The notes under the pieces: generated by a model
Database searches by the model: none
What the model was told of the DNA's origin: nothing
Seen by the model: the letters and a program-made list of their open reading frames with translations, nothing else
DNA from: Candidatus Aminicenantes bacterium UBA647
Lineage (GTDB): Bacteria; Acidobacteriota; Aminicenantia; UBA2199
NCBI GenBank assembly: GCA_002299555.1
Contig: DBOL01000029.1
Location: 5,387-69,386 of the forward strand
DNA length: 64,000 bases
Direction: 5' to 3'
Position numbers and translations under genes: made by a program
Shown here: one piece after another, positions 61,327-64,000 of the stretch
How positions within the stretch are numbered: position 1 is the stretch's first letter
Layout of the letters: each line of letters opens with the position of its first letter

Positions 61327-62058
61327 ATGGATACTAATCAAGGCAGATATACAGAAGAAAAAAAGAAGGCATGGAAGATCTTTGACCGGATTTATAAAAA
61401 ATATGATCTCCTTAATCATCTCCTTTCTCTGGGTTTCGATTTTCATTGGAGGAAAAAACTGTCAAGTCTTACCGGTGGAAAAAAAGACAGGAGTTTACTT
61501 GACCTTGCAACGGGAACCGGTGATGTTCTGTTCAGCCTAATCAAACATTCAGGCAGGTTCGATAAAGCAGTTGGAGTTGATATGTCTTTTAACATGCTGT
61601 CGCATGCAGCAAGAAAAAGTATTAAAAAGGGGAAAAGCGATGAAGTTGACTTCATCCTTGGAGATGCAAATTCGATCCCTGTTAAAACCGGGAGTTTTGA
61701 TATAGCTACAATGGCCTTTGGAATAAGAAATATATCAGAACCAGTAATCGCCTTGCGGGATATCTACAGGACTCTTGCAAATGGTGGCAGAGTGCTGATC
61801 CTGGAGTTTTCATTGCCGGGAAACAAATTTTTAAAATGGGTTCACCTTGTCTATCTCAGATATTTCCTTCCGGTTATTGGCAGGCTGATCTCCGGTGATA
61901 TTGAGGCTTACAGGTATCTGAATAAAACAATAGAAGTATTTCCATATGGAGATAAATTCATAAGGTTAATGGAAGATGCGGGATTTGCTGAATGTGAAAA
62001 ATTCCCTTTGACAATGGGAATAGTAACTATCTATAGAGGTGTCAGGCCAAATGGATAA
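61327..62058 (+). CDS. ubiE: Demethylmenaquinone methyltransferase (UbiE/MenG)
   Basis: 243 aa. SAM-binding LDLATGTGD motif and the UbiE-family N-terminus. Confidence 0.8.
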   Translation: MDTNQGRYTEEKKKAWKIFDRIYKKYDLLNHLLSLGFDFHWRKKLSSLTGGKKDRSLLDLATGTGDVLFSLIKHSGRFDKAVGVDMSFNMLSHAARKSIKKGKSDEVDFILGDANSIPVKTGSFDIATMAFGIRNISEPVIALRDIYRTLANGGRVLILEFSLPGNKFLKWVHLVYLRYFLPVIGRLISGDIEAYRYLNKTIEVFPYGDKFIRLMEDAGFAECEKFPLTMGIVTIYRGVRPNG

Positions 62059-63415
62059 CAGAAAGATCCCTTTTTCCGCTCTTACAGATTCTCTTTCGGA
62101 AGAATTGATGCGGAGAGGATCAGAAGAGGCTTATAGGGAGGGGTTTTCCCGGATAGAGTTGAGAACAGACCAGGCAGATCCGATCCTGTGGCTGAAAGCC
62201 CAACCCTGGAAAGAGAAAATATTTTTTGAATCGAGAGGGAGAGGAGAACCTGTGGTTGCTGCTGTCGGAAATATTCTTGAGTTGAATGGAATTGACAGGG
62301 CCGGAGAGGAAGAATTGTTGACCCTTCCCGAAGAATTGATAAGGAGTGGAATGAAAATGTTCGGGGGGATCTCCTTTTTTAAAGAGAATCCGAATTCAGA
62401 AGAGTGGAGATCGTTCGGGGCATCAAGGTTTGTTCTCCCCAGATTTGAATATATCATTAAAGATAAAAAAGGATATTTTATAATTAATTACCGGAATTAT
62501 GAAGCCGGGACGGGCAATATCAAGAAACTTCTGAGTGAAATAAACAGCTTGAAACCGATTCCGAAGCCAGAGGAAGGCAATAGTGGTAAAGTTTGTTTTA
62601 GAAGGTATTCCCCGGACATTGAAGGTTGGGGGAAAATGATCTCTACCTATCTCGACAGGATTAAGAGGGGCGATGTTGAAAAGATGGTCGGGGCAAGACG
62701 ACTTGAGCTCGATCATGATGGAAAAGTTGATCCGTTCAAAATTTTGTCAGAATTAAAGATGTCCGGTGATTACACTGCAAACTTCTTGTTCACATTTAAT
62801 GGGGATGATTTTTTTCTGGGTGCAACTCCGGAGAGACTCTTCATGAGAGAGGGTGATCTTCTATCTGCTGAGTCTATTGCCGGGACATCTCCCAGGGGTA
62901 AAGACAAAGAACAGGATGATATTATCGGAAAAGACCTGCTCAGATCTAAAAAAAACACTCTGGAACATGATATTGTAACGGAGGATATAGTCAAAAAAAT
63001 AGATCCTCTCTGTGAAATGGCAGCAATATCTGAGAGGGTACTTTTAAAACTGTCCGGGCTTCAGCATTTATATAGAAAGATCAGTGGCAAGGTCAAAAAA
63101 AAAAAAACAGACTGGACTCTGATAGATGTCCTGGCTCCAACCCCGGCGGTCTCAGGGAAACCCCTGAAAAAGAGTTTTGATATCCTCAAAAAAGAGGAGC
63201 CTTTCGACAGAGGATGGTATTCCGGAATAGTAGGGTTTGCAGGAAAAGATATTTCTGATTATTATGTAGCTATAAGATCCATGTTATTAAGGAAAGATAA
63301 AATATTTATCTATTCAGGAGCAGGTATAGTTCCGGGTTCCGATCCGGAAAAAGAGTGGGAAGAGATTGATCTTAAAATTAAAAAATACAAAAAAATATTA
63401 AAATATGAAAATTGA
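62039..63415 (+). CDS. menF: Isochorismate synthase (menaquinone-specific)
   Basis: 458 aa chorismate-binding enzyme. C-terminal PTPAVSGKP...GWYSGIVGF...YVAIRS motifs. Contains an A13 tract at 63095-63107. Confidence 0.8.
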   Translation: MSGQMDNRKIPFSALTDSLSEELMRRGSEEAYREGFSRIELRTDQADPILWLKAQPWKEKIFFESRGRGEPVVAAVGNILELNGIDRAGEEELLTLPEELIRSGMKMFGGISFFKENPNSEEWRSFGASRFVLPRFEYIIKDKKGYFIINYRNYEAGTGNIKKLLSEINSLKPIPKPEEGNSGKVCFRRYSPDIEGWGKMISTYLDRIKRGDVEKMVGARRLELDHDGKVDPFKILSELKMSGDYTANFLFTFNGDDFFLGATPERLFMREGDLLSAESIAGTSPRGKDKEQDDIIGKDLLRSKKNTLEHDIVTEDIVKKIDPLCEMAAISERVLLKLSGLQHLYRKISGKVKKKKTDWTLIDVLAPTPAVSGKPLKKSFDILKKEEPFDRGWYSGIVGFAGKDISDYYVAIRSMLLRKDKIFIYSGAGIVPGSDPEKEWEEIDLKIKKYKKILKYEN

Positions 63416-64000
63416 AAATATTCCGAATATAAATTACCTTTGGGCAGGACTTATCATTGAAGAACTTGTTAGAAACGGGGCGGATCATTTCTGTATTGCC
63501 CCCGGTTCCAGATCGACCCCACTGACTATCTCAGCTGCTGAATGTGCAAAAGGAGAGAAAACGGTTCATTTTGATGAAAGAGGGCTCGGTTTTTTTGCAT
63601 TGGGAGTTAGTTCGTCCGGAAAAGGTCCTGCGGTTCTAATCTCTACATCAGGGACGGCAGTTGCGAATTTTTTCCCTGCAGTCATTGAGGCATCAAAGAA
63701 AAAGGTTCCTCTCATAATTCTTACTGCGGACAGGCCCCCTGAACTTAGAAAGACTGGAGCTTTGCAAACGATCGACCAACCCGGAATATTCGGAAAGTAT
63801 GTAAAGTGGGATTTTGATCTTCCTGTCCCCGACCCCGGTATAAAACCTGAATCAGTTCTTACCACAATCGACCAGGCTATTTTTATGGCTAAATCTGGAA
63901 CTCCCGGTCCTGTACACATAAACTGTATGTTCAGAGAGCCTCTGACTCCTGAAGAATCAGGCGGAGAGTGGAGAAATGGACTGGAACCGGTCAAGAAATG
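63405..64000 (+). CDS. menD: SEPHCHC synthase MenD, N-terminal part (runs off the window)
   Basis: ThDP-enzyme N-terminus (CIAPGSRSTPLT...ISTSGTAVANFFPAVIEA...LIILTADRPPELR). Overlaps the menF stop. Confidence 0.8.
   Translation, partial: MKIENIPNINYLWAGLIIEELVRNGADHFCIAPGSRSTPLTISAAECAKGEKTVHFDERGLGFFALGVSSSGKGPAVLISTSGTAVANFFPAVIEASKKKVPLIILTADRPPELRKTGALQTIDQPGIFGKYVKWDFDLPVPDPGIKPESVLTTIDQAIFMAKSGTPGPVHINCMFREPLTPEESGGEWRNGLEPVKK

Overview
This 64-kb window is chromosomal and comes from a low-GC (AT-rich by eye) bacterium with a Gram-negative-type envelope (kdsB, lipoproteins, RND efflux). It spans the replication-origin neighbourhood. On the minus strand lie rsmG-parA-parB-bactofilin with a perfect parS palindrome; on the plus strand lie dnaA-dnaN-recF-gyrB-gyrA-gltX. 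Repeated TTTTCCACA DnaA-box-like 9-mers occur around the dnaA and dnaN starts. Flanking loci: (1) a truncated formiminotransferase-cyclodeaminase and the trmD-rimM-KH-rpsP-ffh operon (no rplS); (2) a beta-CASP MBL nuclease and a small GPAT-like acyltransferase; (3) a very large periplasmic beta-propeller sensor diguanylate cyclase with an upstream lipoprotein, and a cupredoxin lipoprotein; (4) initiator tRNA-fMet; (5) pyrG-kdsB; (6) rhomboid, RidA and a secreted Amidohydrolase_3 homolog with substituted metal ligands; (7) recA and divIVA-yggT-yggS; (8) an acyl-CoA dehydrogenase plus fused isobutyryl-CoA mutase IcmF; (9) a two-permease RND efflux operon in which one permease carries a ~200-aa, ~4-TM insertion; (10) a TatT-associated TRAP transporter; (11) glnS, sat, a TfoX-N protein, a CobB sirtuin and a membrane-anchored L7/L12-CTD-like protein; (12) a Cys-rich Fe-S protein with a small beta-CA-motif protein; (13) DinB-nitrilase-DCC; (14) AroQ chorismate mutase and the start of a ubiE-menF-menD menaquinone cluster. 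I found no CRISPR array, no transposase or integrase, and no recognisable defence island. The window is mostly housekeeping; the findings below are individual oddities rather than one clear novel system. All calls rest on reading motifs in the supplied translations. No database search was run.
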